A DNA stretch of 64,000 nt from Peptococcaceae bacterium UBA5755 (GCA_002419005.1 DIFF01000012.1:244241-308240), one strand, 5' to 3'; counted from the first letter of the stretch, positions 50,370-60,735 are shown. Numbers and translations are program-made. Notes: generated from the sequence alone by a model not told the origin.

Positions 50370-51435
50370 TTGTTTCAAATAATCTTGCTCCAAACTTTTC
50401 ACCGCCTTTAAAACCTAAAAAATCTGCTATTTTTTTGCTTGCGATATCAATATCCCCTGCGTCAACGCTCAAATCATAAGCATCACTAAAGCAAGAAGGA
50501 TAAGAATACATAGGGTCATAATAATCGAGTAAAAGTTTTTTTACTACTTCTTCATATGCACCCTTTAAAATATCATCAGTTAGATTTTTAACATTCTTTT
50601 TACCCAACCATTTTTCCAATCGTCTAATAGCGACCAAAATATCCTCCTGCCATCTTTCAGGCTGATAATCCGCCAAAATCTTACTTATTCTGTTTTCAAC
50701 ATTATCATAAAGCAAAATATGACAACCTATACCCATCGCCCGAAAGAAATTATCCGGCAAAAGCAGGCGGCCAATTCTTTTACTTTCACACTCCACAATT
50801 ACAGGCTTCTCTATATTACAACCTCGCAAGCTTAAACAAAGCTGAGATTCAAAGCTTTTTTGGCTCGGCTGTTTATAAAGACCTATGCTACCAAAAACCG
50901 AACCGCGGTTATTCGCCAAACCTTCCAAATCCAGTGCCTGCAGACCCAAGGACTGTAATTTTTTAATAATTTGAGTTTTCCCCACGCCTGTAAGACCATG
51001 CAGCACTACAACCGAAAAAGAAAAGGGCTGCTGCCAATATTCATTTACCCAACTGCGATACCCTTTATAACCACCATTCAAATATAAAGCAGGTATACGC
51101 ATCATTTTGCAAACTTCCCAAATAGCTTGGCTACGCATGCCGCCCCGCCAACAATATAAAACAACTTGGCTACCTTCTGCTAAAAGAGCAATTTGGTCTA
51201 TTAGGGTAGGCAGTTTGGGAGCCAAAACAGAAAGCCCCAAACGCCGTGCCGCAGCCTTGCTCACCTGACGATACACCGTGCCAATCTCGGCTCTCTCCTC
51301 GTTATTAAAAACCGGTAAATTAACCGCCCCGGGAATGTGGTCTTCAGCATATTCGCCTTCCGAACGTACATCAACATAAACAACTTTACCTAAACCCAAA
51401 GTATCCACAAAATCTATATTATAATTCATTAACAT
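50353..51435 (-). CDS. mnmH: tRNA 2-selenouridine synthase (MnmH/SelU)
   Basis: An N-terminal rhodanese domain (YCWRGGMRS) is followed by P-loop GLTGVGKTQ. Confidence 0.8.
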   Translation of the reverse strand: MLMNYNIDFVDTLGLGKVVYVDVRSEGEYAEDHIPGAVNLPVFNNEERAEIGTVYRQVSKAAARRLGLSVLAPKLPTLIDQIALLAEGSQVVLYCWRGGMRSQAIWEVCKMMRIPALYLNGGYKGYRSWVNEYWQQPFSFSVVVLHGLTGVGKTQIIKKLQSLGLQALDLEGLANNRGSVFGSIGLYKQPSQKSFESQLCLSLRGCNIEKPVIVECESKRIGRLLLPDNFFRAMGIGCHILLYDNVENRISKILADYQPERWQEDILVAIRRLEKWLGKKNVKNLTDDILKGAYEEVVKKLLLDYYDPMYSYPSCFSDAYDLSVDAGDIDIASKKIADFLGFKGGEKFGARLFETNGRMA

Positions 51436-51539
51436 TCAACCTTATTCAACCTTTAAATTTCTTTTTGATATTACAGCTTACATCTAGTCGCATCAGTATA
51501 ACAATAGTATATCATAATATCATAAAATGACAAATAAAA

Positions 51540-53897
51540 CTATTCTCCGGTGCCATACATATGGGTAAAGCCTTCCATGCTCATCAACACATTTCTCTTA
51601 TTGCCTTCCGGGTGGCTAATTATGCCAAGCTGTTCCATGCTTTCTACCAAACGTGCCGCCCTGTTGTAGCCAATCCGGAAACGCCGCTGCAAAAAAGATG
51701 CCGAAGCCTGATGGCTGATTATCACTTCCCGCACCGCATCGTAAAAGAGCTCATCCTCAAAAGAGTCTTCCTCGTAACTTTTAATTTCCTCAGTTTCCGG
51801 CAGCTTAATAAACTGCGGGCTCGCCTGATTACAACAATAATTAACCAGTCTCTGGGTGTCACTTTCGCTCAAAAAAGCACCCTGCACTCTGGTGGGCTTA
51901 GAAGCCCCAATTGGGTGAAAGAGCATGTCGCCCTTACCCAAAAGTTTTTCGGCTCCACTCATATCCAAAATAATGCGGGAATCCACATTGGAGGAAACAG
52001 CAAAAGCAATACGCGAGGGTATATTAGCCTTAATTAGGCCGGTTATAACATCTGTGGATGGTCTTTGTGTAGCTACAATAAGGTGGATGCCGGCTGCTCT
52101 TGCAAGCTGAGCCAAACGGCAAATAGAGTCTTCTACCTCTTTAGAAGCCACCAGCATCAAATCTGCCAGTTCATCAATCAAAACCACAATCTGGTGCATT
52201 TTTTCCACACCAAGCAAAGCATTGTACTGAGAAAACTTTTTTACATTGGCAGCGGCAAACAAAGTATAGCGTTTTTCCATCTCGCTTACCACGCCCTTTA
52301 AAACACTAGCTGCCTTTTTGGGGTTGGTAACCACCGGCTCCCGAAGATGAGGTAAATTGTTATAGTTCGTCAACTCTACTTTTTTGGGATCGATCATAAT
52401 AAACTTAACTTCATCCGGGGTAGACTTGTAAAGTATGCTGCAGATGATAGTGTTCATACTAACACTTTTGCCACTTCCTGTGGCCCCGGCAATCAAAAGA
52501 TGTGGCATATCCGCCAAATCCGCCACAATTGTTTGGCCGGTAATATCTACCCCCAAAGCCAAAGTAAGCTTAGATTGGCTTTTTTTAAACTCCTCTGTAT
52601 CAATAATATCCCTAAAAAACACCGGCGTCACTTCCGACTTAGGTACCTCAATGCCAATAACAGCCTTGCCTGGCACAGGTGCTTCAATACGAATATCTTT
52701 TGCCGCCAAAGAAAGAGCAATGTCATCCACCAAATTTGTGATCCTAGAAACTTTTACGCCCGGAGCGGGCTGCAGCTCATAGCGAACTACCGAAGGACCA
52801 GCCACCACCTGAACCACCTTGGTTTTAATGCCAAAATCCTCCAAGGTTTTTTCCAACAAGGCACTATTATCAATAAATTGTTTATTAAGGCGAGAATTAC
52901 GTATTTTCACTTGGGACCCTAAAAGGTTAACCGGTGGCAATTGATAAGGAACCTTTTGCTCCTCACCACCTAGCAGAAAAACATCTTTTTGTAACCCCTC
53001 TTTAAAGGTTGCTGTCAAAACCGCAAACTCATCTTTTTCTTCCGTCACCACCGGCTCATAGATCTTCACATCGGATTCTGACCCAATTTTGGCTTTTTTA
53101 TCCTCAACACCCGGCATCACCTGCCGAATATAAAGGGGCGGTTTTTCATTTTGGGCCAGGGTATTTTTTGTTTCGGCCGGCTCTGTAACCACCGGAGCCA
53201 AATTACTGAACTTGTTTTCATAATCCATAATCAACGGTGGGTTAGCACTTACTGGCTTTTCGGTTTTTGCTGTTTTTTCTTGTTTGGCTTTTTCTTTTTC
53301 GGCAAAACTACCCGTCATTTTTTTACCCAACCAGGGGAAAAGGTTTAATATTTTAAAATTACAAAGCAACAAAAATCCCAATATCATCACAGCCACGCTA
53401 ATAATAATGGCTATAGTTTGCGGAATAAGGCCAAGCAAATATCCGCCCAAAAGACCAAAAATACCGCCACCGCCACCGGTAAAGGTAATTTTCAAAATTT
53501 GCCACAGGGTACCCTGCATGGGAATCAAAAGCTGCAAAAGAGAGAGCAAGGCCAAAGAAAACAAGGCTCCACCGAAAACCTGCCAGTTAAAAAGCAGACG
53601 TCCCTTGCTTTGAAACAACGCAATGCCCCAATAGCAAATCATACAGGCAATAGCAATATTGCCAATCATCGATAAAATAGCAAAAGCCTTGCCATTCAAA
53701 AGAACAGCAGTGCTAAAATTATTTACAAAACCTACAATAAAAGATAAAAACAACACTAGCCCCAAAAACAAAATTATCAACCCGGTTATTTTGTTGTTCT
53801 TTGCTGAGGAAGTATTTTTTTTGCCATTATTTTTTTTTGCCAAAGTATTGCTTCGCTTAACAGTCTTCTTTTTGTAATTATTGGCCAATACACACAC
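51540..53897 (-). CDS. ftsK: DNA translocase FtsK/SpoIIIE
   Basis: It has N-terminal TM helices, a linker, and a motor domain with GATGSGKSV and a C-terminal gamma (winged helix) domain. Confidence 0.9.
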   Translation of the reverse strand: MCVLANNYKKKTVKRSNTLAKKNNGKKNTSSAKNNKITGLIILFLGLVLFLSFIVGFVNNFSTAVLLNGKAFAILSMIGNIAIACMICYWGIALFQSKGRLLFNWQVFGGALFSLALLSLLQLLIPMQGTLWQILKITFTGGGGGIFGLLGGYLLGLIPQTIAIIISVAVMILGFLLLCNFKILNLFPWLGKKMTGSFAEKEKAKQEKTAKTEKPVSANPPLIMDYENKFSNLAPVVTEPAETKNTLAQNEKPPLYIRQVMPGVEDKKAKIGSESDVKIYEPVVTEEKDEFAVLTATFKEGLQKDVFLLGGEEQKVPYQLPPVNLLGSQVKIRNSRLNKQFIDNSALLEKTLEDFGIKTKVVQVVAGPSVVRYELQPAPGVKVSRITNLVDDIALSLAAKDIRIEAPVPGKAVIGIEVPKSEVTPVFFRDIIDTEEFKKSQSKLTLALGVDITGQTIVADLADMPHLLIAGATGSGKSVSMNTIICSILYKSTPDEVKFIMIDPKKVELTNYNNLPHLREPVVTNPKKAASVLKGVVSEMEKRYTLFAAANVKKFSQYNALLGVEKMHQIVVLIDELADLMLVASKEVEDSICRLAQLARAAGIHLIVATQRPSTDVITGLIKANIPSRIAFAVSSNVDSRIILDMSGAEKLLGKGDMLFHPIGASKPTRVQGAFLSESDTQRLVNYCCNQASPQFIKLPETEEIKSYEEDSFEDELFYDAVREVIISHQASASFLQRRFRIGYNRAARLVESMEQLGIISHPEGNKRNVLMSMEGFTHMYGTGE

Positions 53898-54013
53898 CTC
53901 CTACTTAACTGTATTTACTTCGCTAAACAAATTATTTTCCCTTTTATTTTTTAGCAAAAATTAAAATAACAGCTGTTCAAGAGGGCACAATCAATAATAT
54001 TTAGACTCAAAAA

Positions 54014-54060
54014 CAAAAAAAGAGTTCTGAAACTTCTTAAAAAAAGTTTCAGAACTCTAA
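54014..54060 (-). terminator. Rho-independent terminator after uppP
   Basis: The sequence is GAGTTCTGAAACTT-cttaaaaa-AAGTTTCAGAACTC, a 14 bp stem. TTTTTTTGTTTTTG follows on the minus strand. Confidence 0.6.
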
Positions 54061-54070
54061 AAAACATTTT

Positions 54071-54844
54071 TTATTTAACTGCTAGGTTAATTAAACCAAT
54101 AACCGCAATCAGCCAACAATAGATAGAAAAATACTTTAATTTACCTTTGGAAATAAGCCGAATAAAAAAACGAATAGCCAAATAACCTGCCACAGCAGCC
54201 ACCGCAACACCAATTATATAGCTAAATTCCATGCTCAAACCGGCCGGGGAGCTCGCCAAATCTATCAGTTGTTTGCCACAAGCTCCCAAAATAGCCGGAA
54301 TAGATAAAATAAAAGAAAATTTAGCGGCATTTTGTCTATCTAACCCGCAAAACAAAGAGCCAAAAATGGTGGAGCCGGAACGAGAAAGGCCCGGTATTAC
54401 AGCAACACCCTGAAAGGCGCCGATCAACAAAGCATTTTTAAAGGAAAGGTCTTTGATGGTCTTATTACCATGAAATCTATCAGATATCCAAAGCAAAATA
54501 CCGGTAACAATAAGGGCCAGGCAAACCGAAAAAACCGTCATCAGATGGGCCTCAAAAATATTTTCCAAAAGCAGTCCCATGATGCCAACAGGGATGGTTG
54601 CTACCACAAAAAGAGCAAACTGTTTACTAATAGGGTGGCGGATAATCTGCCAAATATCCCGCCAAAAAACAACAAAAACAGCAATCAAAGTACCCAGATG
54701 CAAAAAAGTATCAAAAATCAGCATTGGCTCGTTAATTCCTAAAATAGTCTGAGCCAAAACCAAATGGCCAGAGCTAGAAACGGGCAAAAATTCTGTTAAC
54801 CCCTGCAATAAACCCAATATTGCAGCTTCACCATAACCAATCAA
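54071..54844 (-). CDS. uppP: Undecaprenyl-diphosphatase (UppP/BacA)
   Basis: It has the LPVSSSGH motif and 8 TM helices. Confidence 0.85.
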   Translation of the reverse strand: MIGYGEAAILGLLQGLTEFLPVSSSGHLVLAQTILGINEPMLIFDTFLHLGTLIAVFVVFWRDIWQIIRHPISKQFALFVVATIPVGIMGLLLENIFEAHLMTVFSVCLALIVTGILLWISDRFHGNKTIKDLSFKNALLIGAFQGVAVIPGLSRSGSTIFGSLFCGLDRQNAAKFSFILSIPAILGACGKQLIDLASSPAGLSMEFSYIIGVAVAAVAGYLAIRFFIRLISKGKLKYFSIYCWLIAVIGLINLAVK

Positions 54845-54891
54845 ATAAAAAACCTCCTAAAAATTTTTAGGCTACTTGCATATGTGCCAAA

Positions 54892-56499
54892 TTAATAATC
54901 CGCAATAACTATGTGAGCAATATTGTTAGAGTGGTCACTGACCCTCTCTAAATTACTGATGACGTCCAAGAAAATAACCCCGGAGCTTGGCGTACACATG
55001 GCCATATTCAACCTGTTAATGTGGCTTCGCCGTAAATCTTTTTCCATCTGGTCTACAATCTTTTCATTTTCTACAACCTTGGCAGCAAGTTCGGTATCAC
55101 CTGTGGCCAATGCCTCCAACGCCCACGTAACGTTGTTGTTCACTAATTCAAACATGCCTTCCAATTCGTCTAAAGCATAGTCCGTAAAAGGCAAGTTTTC
55201 ATTGTGGCACAACTCCGCAAGCTCCCGCAAATTATCTGCGTGGTCACCAATCCTTTCCATATCATTGATAACATGAAAAAGATTGCTCTTCAATTGAATC
55301 AGGTTTTCCGTCAAAGATCCTTGCGGCAGCTTGATAAGATAATTGGTAATATCTTTTTCCAGATCATCAATAACATCTTCCGTTTCAATCAAATAGTTAT
55401 TGGTCTCATCCGAAAAAGCAGAGAAACTGTCCATAGCAAGCCTCAGGCTTTCCTGAGCAATTTTACCGGTACGCACAGCCTCTTTTACCGCTAAATTTAA
55501 AGCAATAGGCGGGTTGTTTAAGACACGGTTATCCAAAAACATTGGCCCTTTTTGCACAAATTTTTCTTCACCTTTAATCAACTTGGTAACCAATTTAGCC
55601 AATACATTAACAAAAGGCAACAAAACCAAGGTAGAGGCAATGTTAAAAATTGTGTGAGCATTGGCTATCTGCCGGGTAACATTATCAGCCGGAGAAAGAA
55701 GCAGCACCAAATCAGCAAACCAAGGCAAAATAAACATGACGACTACTGCACCGATTACGTTAAATGTAATGTGAGCCGCCGCCGCCCTTTTGGCAGAAAC
55801 CTTGGCACCAATACTGGAAATAATGGCAGTAACGCATGTGCCTATATTAAAACCAAGTATAATAGGGATGGCAGCCTCCAGACTTATCAACCCCTGGGTA
55901 GATAAAGCAATCAAAATACCCATAGCCGCACTAGAGCTCTGAATAATGGCAGTTAAAGCAAAGCCAATTAAAAGCCCCAAAATATGATACTCCCCAAAGG
56001 TTGCCATAAAAGTACGGAAGCCTTCATATTCCCGCAAAGGAGACATAGCTGAACTCATAAGATCCATACCCATAAAAAGTATGCCAAAAGCAAAAAGAAT
56101 TTGCCCCCAACATTTCACGGTTTTTTTCTTGCTAACAAAGAAAATAATAAAACCAATCGCTATCATGGGCAAATAATATTTGGTTAAATTAAAAGCTACT
56201 ATCTGGCCGGTAATGGTAGTACCAATATTGGCCCCCATTATAACAGAAATCGATTGTCTTAAGTTCATCAGACCCGCATTAACAAAACCAACCACCATAA
56301 CCGTGGTGGCACTAGAGCTTTGAATGATAGCAGTAACCCCTGCCCCAACCAAAACCCCAATAACAGGCACAGATGTCAAAGCTTCCAAAACGCGGCGCAT
56401 TTTGTTGCCCGCTGCCTTCTGCAAACCTTTGCCCATCTCTGTCATACCATAGATGAATAAAGCAACGCCGCCCAACAAACCAAAAATAATACTAAACAT
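54892..56499 (-). CDS. Na/Pi cotransporter family protein with C-terminal PhoU-like domains
   Basis: It has duplicated Na_Pi_cotrans repeats (QSSSATT, GANIGTT) plus PhoU helices. Confidence 0.8.
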   Translation of the reverse strand: MFSIIFGLLGGVALFIYGMTEMGKGLQKAAGNKMRRVLEALTSVPVIGVLVGAGVTAIIQSSSATTVMVVGFVNAGLMNLRQSISVIMGANIGTTITGQIVAFNLTKYYLPMIAIGFIIFFVSKKKTVKCWGQILFAFGILFMGMDLMSSAMSPLREYEGFRTFMATFGEYHILGLLIGFALTAIIQSSSAAMGILIALSTQGLISLEAAIPIILGFNIGTCVTAIISSIGAKVSAKRAAAAHITFNVIGAVVVMFILPWFADLVLLLSPADNVTRQIANAHTIFNIASTLVLLPFVNVLAKLVTKLIKGEEKFVQKGPMFLDNRVLNNPPIALNLAVKEAVRTGKIAQESLRLAMDSFSAFSDETNNYLIETEDVIDDLEKDITNYLIKLPQGSLTENLIQLKSNLFHVINDMERIGDHADNLRELAELCHNENLPFTDYALDELEGMFELVNNNVTWALEALATGDTELAAKVVENEKIVDQMEKDLRRSHINRLNMAMCTPSSGVIFLDVISNLERVSDHSNNIAHIVIADY

Positions 56500-56602
56500 T
56501 TATGTCTCCCAACTTAATATGTTTTAAAAACTGATTTTATCATTTTTATTTTCTTAATTATAATACATTATACTTTAAATAAGCAATCTTGTCATAAAAA
56601 AC

Positions 56603-56650
56603 AAAAAATTTTTTGGCAATTTTTATTTTTGTTGCCAAAAAATTTTTTGT
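56603..56650 (-). terminator. Hairpin overlapping the ylzJ stop: TTGGCAA...TTGCCAA embedded in AAAAAATTTTTT palindromes
   Basis: The sequence is aaaaaattttttGGCAAtttttatttttgTTGCCaaaaaattttttg. A U-run follows on the minus strand. Confidence 0.4.
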
Positions 56651-56838
56651 CCAGGCTGCCAATTTTTTTGCAAAAAATCAGCTGGGTCACTGCTATATAA
56701 GCGTTCTATGGTCTTCTGCCCTTTTTCATCAACCAAAACCTGTACTGTTTTACCCTGCCAAACAATTTCTTCTCTTTTAGGTGGTTCTTCAAAGCCTTGC
56801 CACAGCAAATCCGCTGGAACTATCGACCAAATGAGCAT
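56623..56838 (-). CDS. ylzJ: YlzJ-like small protein
   Basis: A 71 aa ORF immediately downstream of tepA, as in B. subtilis tepA-ylzJ. Confidence 0.55.
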   Translation of the reverse strand: MLIWSIVPADLLWQGFEEPPKREEIVWQGKTVQVLVDEKGQKTIERLYSSDPADFLQKNWQPGQKIFWQQK

Positions 56839-57656
56839 CAGTCATCTGCCTCCTTTTGGTTTGGATTGTCAATACCGGCCAACTGCCGTAATTTGGCCAA
56901 AGCATCCCCCAAACCACCTTCAGAATCTATCAGACCACAAGCGACAGCATCTTTCCCTACTACCACAGTACCAATATCCAAAGTCAGTTCCCCGGTATTC
57001 AGCATCATCTCGCGCAATTTTTTCTCTTTAATTTTTGAGTGTTTGGTAATAAAATTAATGACTCTGTCCTGCATCTTGTCCAAATAATCAAAGCTTTGCG
57101 GAACCCCAACCACCAAACCATTCAAACGAACTGGATGAATAGTCATGGTGGCCGTAGGGGCAATAAAAGAATAATCGGCGGAAACCGCAATGGGTACGCC
57201 AATGGAATGCCCCCCGCCCAAAACCAAAGATACGGTGGGCTTAGACATGGAACCAATCATCTCAGCTAAAGCCAAGCCGGCTTCCACATCTCCTCCTACT
57301 GTGTTCAATATCACCAAAAGGCCCTTGATTTCGGGGGTTTCTTCCACTGCCACCAACTGAGGAATAATATGCTCATATTTTGTGGTTTTGTTCTGGGCCG
57401 GCATCACAATGTGCCCTTCCACCTGCCCGATAATGCTGATAACATGAATGCTGCTGCCTTTTGGGGCGGGCAGGTTCATCTCGCCCAGCTGGTTTATAAG
57501 CTCGGCCGAATCAGGCTGATTATTATCATCCTCTTCAATACCAATGCCCGGGTTTATCTCATTCACAAAAGCCGGCACTTGCATGGCCGGAACAATAAAC
57601 ATCTTTGCCAAATTTTTATTGGGATAATGTTTCATTTTTTTACTCCTTGGCCGCAA
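56838..57656 (-). CDS. tepA: Translocation-enhancing protein TepA (ClpP-like serine protease family, YmfB)
   Basis: It has a ClpP/crotonase fold with the motif GGDVEAGLA...GGGHSIGVP. Confidence 0.75.
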   Translation of the reverse strand: MRPRSKKMKHYPNKNLAKMFIVPAMQVPAFVNEINPGIGIEEDDNNQPDSAELINQLGEMNLPAPKGSSIHVISIIGQVEGHIVMPAQNKTTKYEHIIPQLVAVEETPEIKGLLVILNTVGGDVEAGLALAEMIGSMSKPTVSLVLGGGHSIGVPIAVSADYSFIAPTATMTIHPVRLNGLVVGVPQSFDYLDKMQDRVINFITKHSKIKEKKLREMMLNTGELTLDIGTVVVGKDAVACGLIDSEGGLGDALAKLRQLAGIDNPNQKEADD

Positions 57657-57693
57657 CTAAGATAAAGAAAAAGCCAAAGAGGTGTTTCGGTAG

Positions 57694-59676
57694 TTAAAAC
57701 AAAGTAATGATTGGCAAAATAATCGGCCGCCTACCAGTTTGGTCGTTAAGCATTTTACCCAACTGATTGCGAATATTATTTCTTATACCCGCCACATCCC
57801 CATTTAAATCACCAAAATCATGCCAAACCTTAATGACCTTATCTCTAACCTCGCCCAACAGCTTTTCATTTTCTTTTTCAAAAACAAACCCGCGAGAAAT
57901 CACTTCCGGCGGCACAATCATTTTGCCTGTTGCTTTATCTACCGCAATGGTAACTACTACAATACCATCATTAGAAAGTTGTTTTCTGTCTTTCAGCACC
58001 GTAGCACCAATATCGCCAATCCCCAAGCCATCTATAAGCACTCGTCCGGAAGGGACCTTACCTGTAATTTCCCCTTTTTGGCTAGAAATATCCAAAACAT
58101 CACCATTTTCCATAATAAAAATATTTTTTTTGTCTATTCCCACTCTTTCCGCCAACTCGGCATGACGGCAAAGCATACGATATTCCCCATGCACCGGCAC
58201 AAAAAACTTTGGTTTAACCAAATTAAGCATCATTTTCAATTCTTCCGAACTAGCGTGACCGGAAACATGGGTGCTCATAATCTTGCCATAAATAACCTTA
58301 GCCCCATTTCTGTAAAGATTGTCAATCGTGCGGGCTACATATTTTTCATTGCCAGGAATCGCAGAAGCCGAAATAACCACTAAATCCCCCGCCCCAATAT
58401 GCACCTGGCGGTGTTCATTTAAAGACATGCGGGTCAAGCCGCTTAAAGGCTCACCCTGGCTGCCGGTAGTAATAATAACCACCTTATTGTCAGGCAGATT
58501 GCTAATTTCATCAATACTTACAAGCGTGCTGGGTTTGGATTTGAAATAGCCCAACTCTTTGGCGATGCCGGTCATGTTCACCATGCCGCGGCCTACCACC
58601 GCCACCTTGCGGCCGCACTGCTCCGCCGCCCAAACTGCCTGCTGCACTCGGTGTACATTTGAGGCAAAAGTAGTCAAAATAATACGACCGCTCGCTTCAT
58701 AAAAAATGCTTTGCAAGGTGCTTCCCACCACTTTTTCGGATTGGGTATAACCTTCCTTTTCAACATTAGTGCTGTCAGAAAGCATCAACAACACTCCTTC
58801 ATCCCCCAAAGAAGCAAAGCGATGCAAATCCATCATCTGACCATCAATCGGCGACATGTCCATCTTAAAGTCACCAGTGTGAACAATGGTGCCCACCGGC
58901 GTAAAAATTGCCAAACCAAAAGAATCGGGGATGCTGTGCGAAACCCGAATGAACTCAACCTGAAAAGGTCCAATATTCACTTTTTCCCTGGGGCTTACAA
59001 CATTCAGGTTAACATTTTTAATGTTGTGCTCTTTAAATTTAGGCTGCAGCAACCCCAAAGTAAGCCGAGAACCATAAATCGGTATATCCAAATCCTTTAA
59101 CAAATAAGGCACACAGCCCACATGGTCCTCATGCCCATGGGTTATCACCAAGCCACGCACAAGGTTTTTGTTTTCCAACAAATAGGTATAATCAGGTATC
59201 ACCAAATCTATGCCCAAAAGCTCATCATCGGGAAAGGATAGGCCGGCATCAATAAGCAAAATATTATTATTATATTTAATAGCCGTCATATTTTTGCCAA
59301 CTTCACCCAAACCCCCTAAAGGGATAATGGAAAGCTTGGAGCTGCCATAATTGGGCTTTTTGTTTTGAGCCGGGTTCCTGCTCTTATTTTTCTGAGCCAC
59401 CTGATTCTGTTCTTTTTTGACCAAAGCGGTTTTCACTTCATTACTTGGGTTTTTACTGTTATTGTTCCAGCCCCATTTTTTCTTTTGGCTTTTTTCTTTA
59501 ACAAGCAAAGTGCTTTGCTCAACCTCTTTGGATACTACTGTTTTTGTTTCTTGCTTCTTGGCAACCACTTGGCTTTGGGTTCCACTCTTGTTTGGGCTCG
59601 GGTTTTTGCTGAAATTTTTAACAGCCGCCACAGCACTTGCCGGAGCATTTGTTTTTCCTTCTATATTATTTTCCAT
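57694..59676 (-). CDS. rnj: Ribonuclease J (beta-CASP MBL RNase), preceded by a ~105 aa K/N/Q/S-rich N-terminal extension
   Basis: The core starts at SKLSIIPLGGLGEVGKNM and has the HGHEDH motif. A strong RBS, AAAGGAG followed by 6 nt, precedes the upstream ATG. No in-frame internal start is available. Confidence 0.9.
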   Translation of the reverse strand: MENNIEGKTNAPASAVAAVKNFSKNPSPNKSGTQSQVVAKKQETKTVVSKEVEQSTLLVKEKSQKKKWGWNNNSKNPSNEVKTALVKKEQNQVAQKNKSRNPAQNKKPNYGSSKLSIIPLGGLGEVGKNMTAIKYNNNILLIDAGLSFPDDELLGIDLVIPDYTYLLENKNLVRGLVITHGHEDHVGCVPYLLKDLDIPIYGSRLTLGLLQPKFKEHNIKNVNLNVVSPREKVNIGPFQVEFIRVSHSIPDSFGLAIFTPVGTIVHTGDFKMDMSPIDGQMMDLHRFASLGDEGVLLMLSDSTNVEKEGYTQSEKVVGSTLQSIFYEASGRIILTTFASNVHRVQQAVWAAEQCGRKVAVVGRGMVNMTGIAKELGYFKSKPSTLVSIDEISNLPDNKVVIITTGSQGEPLSGLTRMSLNEHRQVHIGAGDLVVISASAIPGNEKYVARTIDNLYRNGAKVIYGKIMSTHVSGHASSEELKMMLNLVKPKFFVPVHGEYRMLCRHAELAERVGIDKKNIFIMENGDVLDISSQKGEITGKVPSGRVLIDGLGIGDIGATVLKDRKQLSNDGIVVVTIAVDKATGKMIVPPEVISRGFVFEKENEKLLGEVRDKVIKVWHDFGDLNGDVAGIRNNIRNQLGKMLNDQTGRRPIILPIITLF

Positions 59677-59847
59677 TTCTATCTCCTTTATTTTGCCATA
59701 CTAAAAATAAGGCCACAAATAAATGGTCTTCCAGTATGGTATTTTGTTGCTATGTTAAGATGGGAAACACCCATTTAATAATTCTTAATAGTAAAACTTG
59801 TCCCAAACAAAAATCGCCGGGGCATTAAAACAAGACTAATTACCCCA

Positions 59848-60735
59848 TCAGGCAGGCAGACATCCCATATCTAAAAGCAGCTTTTGCATCATGGCAACCT
59901 GCTCCTTTGTAGGTAAAACCAAAGGTAACCGGCAATCGCCCATCTGCCAGCCCAAAAGGTTCATGCAGCATTTAACCAGTATTGGGTTGGTAGTAGCAAA
60001 TATATTTTTAAAAGCGGGCATCAATCTATCATGCAAATCTTTAGCCCCGCTAATATCATCGTTTTTAAATTTCGTAATCATTTCTTGAATCTCCGGTCCC
60101 ACAAAATGGGCAGCAACACTAATAACTCCCACACCACCAGCTTGTAAAATGGGTAAGGTCATATAATCATCACCCGAATAAATAAGAAAATCCGGCGGTA
60201 AAGAAGCTCGAAGGCGAGCGATCTGTTCTAAATTGGCACTGGATTCTTTAATAGCTCGAATATTAGGGCAAGCATCAGCCAAACGCGCAACTGTTTTCGG
60301 CTCCATGTTAATAATAGAACGTCCAGGAATATTATATGGTATAACAGGCAAACAAGTGCTTGCTGCTATTGCTGAAAAATGCCGATACAAACCTTCCTGC
60401 GGGGGCTTATTATAATAAGGTACCACCGCCAAAACTCCATCAACCCCCAGAGCTTCGGCCTTTTTAGTAAGTTCAATAGATTCCCGTGTATTATAGCTGC
60501 CAGTATTAGCAATAAGCACACCCTTGCCAGCCACCTGTTCTTTAACCGCGACAAAAAGACGCAACTTCTCCTCACTGCTTAAAACAGGCGCTTCCCCAGT
60601 GGTGCCAGCCACCACCAGTCCATCAGAGCCGTTTTTTAACAAGTACTCAGCCAATTTTTGAGCTTTTTTATAATCCACTTCACCATTTACAGCATATGGA
60701 GTAACCATAGCTGTCAGAACATTACCAGAAATCAT
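59848..60735 (-). CDS. dapA: 4-hydroxy-tetrahydrodipicolinate synthase
   Basis: It has the GTTGE motif and a lysine Schiff-base region. Confidence 0.9.
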   Translation of the reverse strand: MISGNVLTAMVTPYAVNGEVDYKKAQKLAEYLLKNGSDGLVVAGTTGEAPVLSSEEKLRLFVAVKEQVAGKGVLIANTGSYNTRESIELTKKAEALGVDGVLAVVPYYNKPPQEGLYRHFSAIAASTCLPVIPYNIPGRSIINMEPKTVARLADACPNIRAIKESSANLEQIARLRASLPPDFLIYSGDDYMTLPILQAGGVGVISVAAHFVGPEIQEMITKFKNDDISGAKDLHDRLMPAFKNIFATTNPILVKCCMNLLGWQMGDCRLPLVLPTKEQVAMMQKLLLDMGCLPA

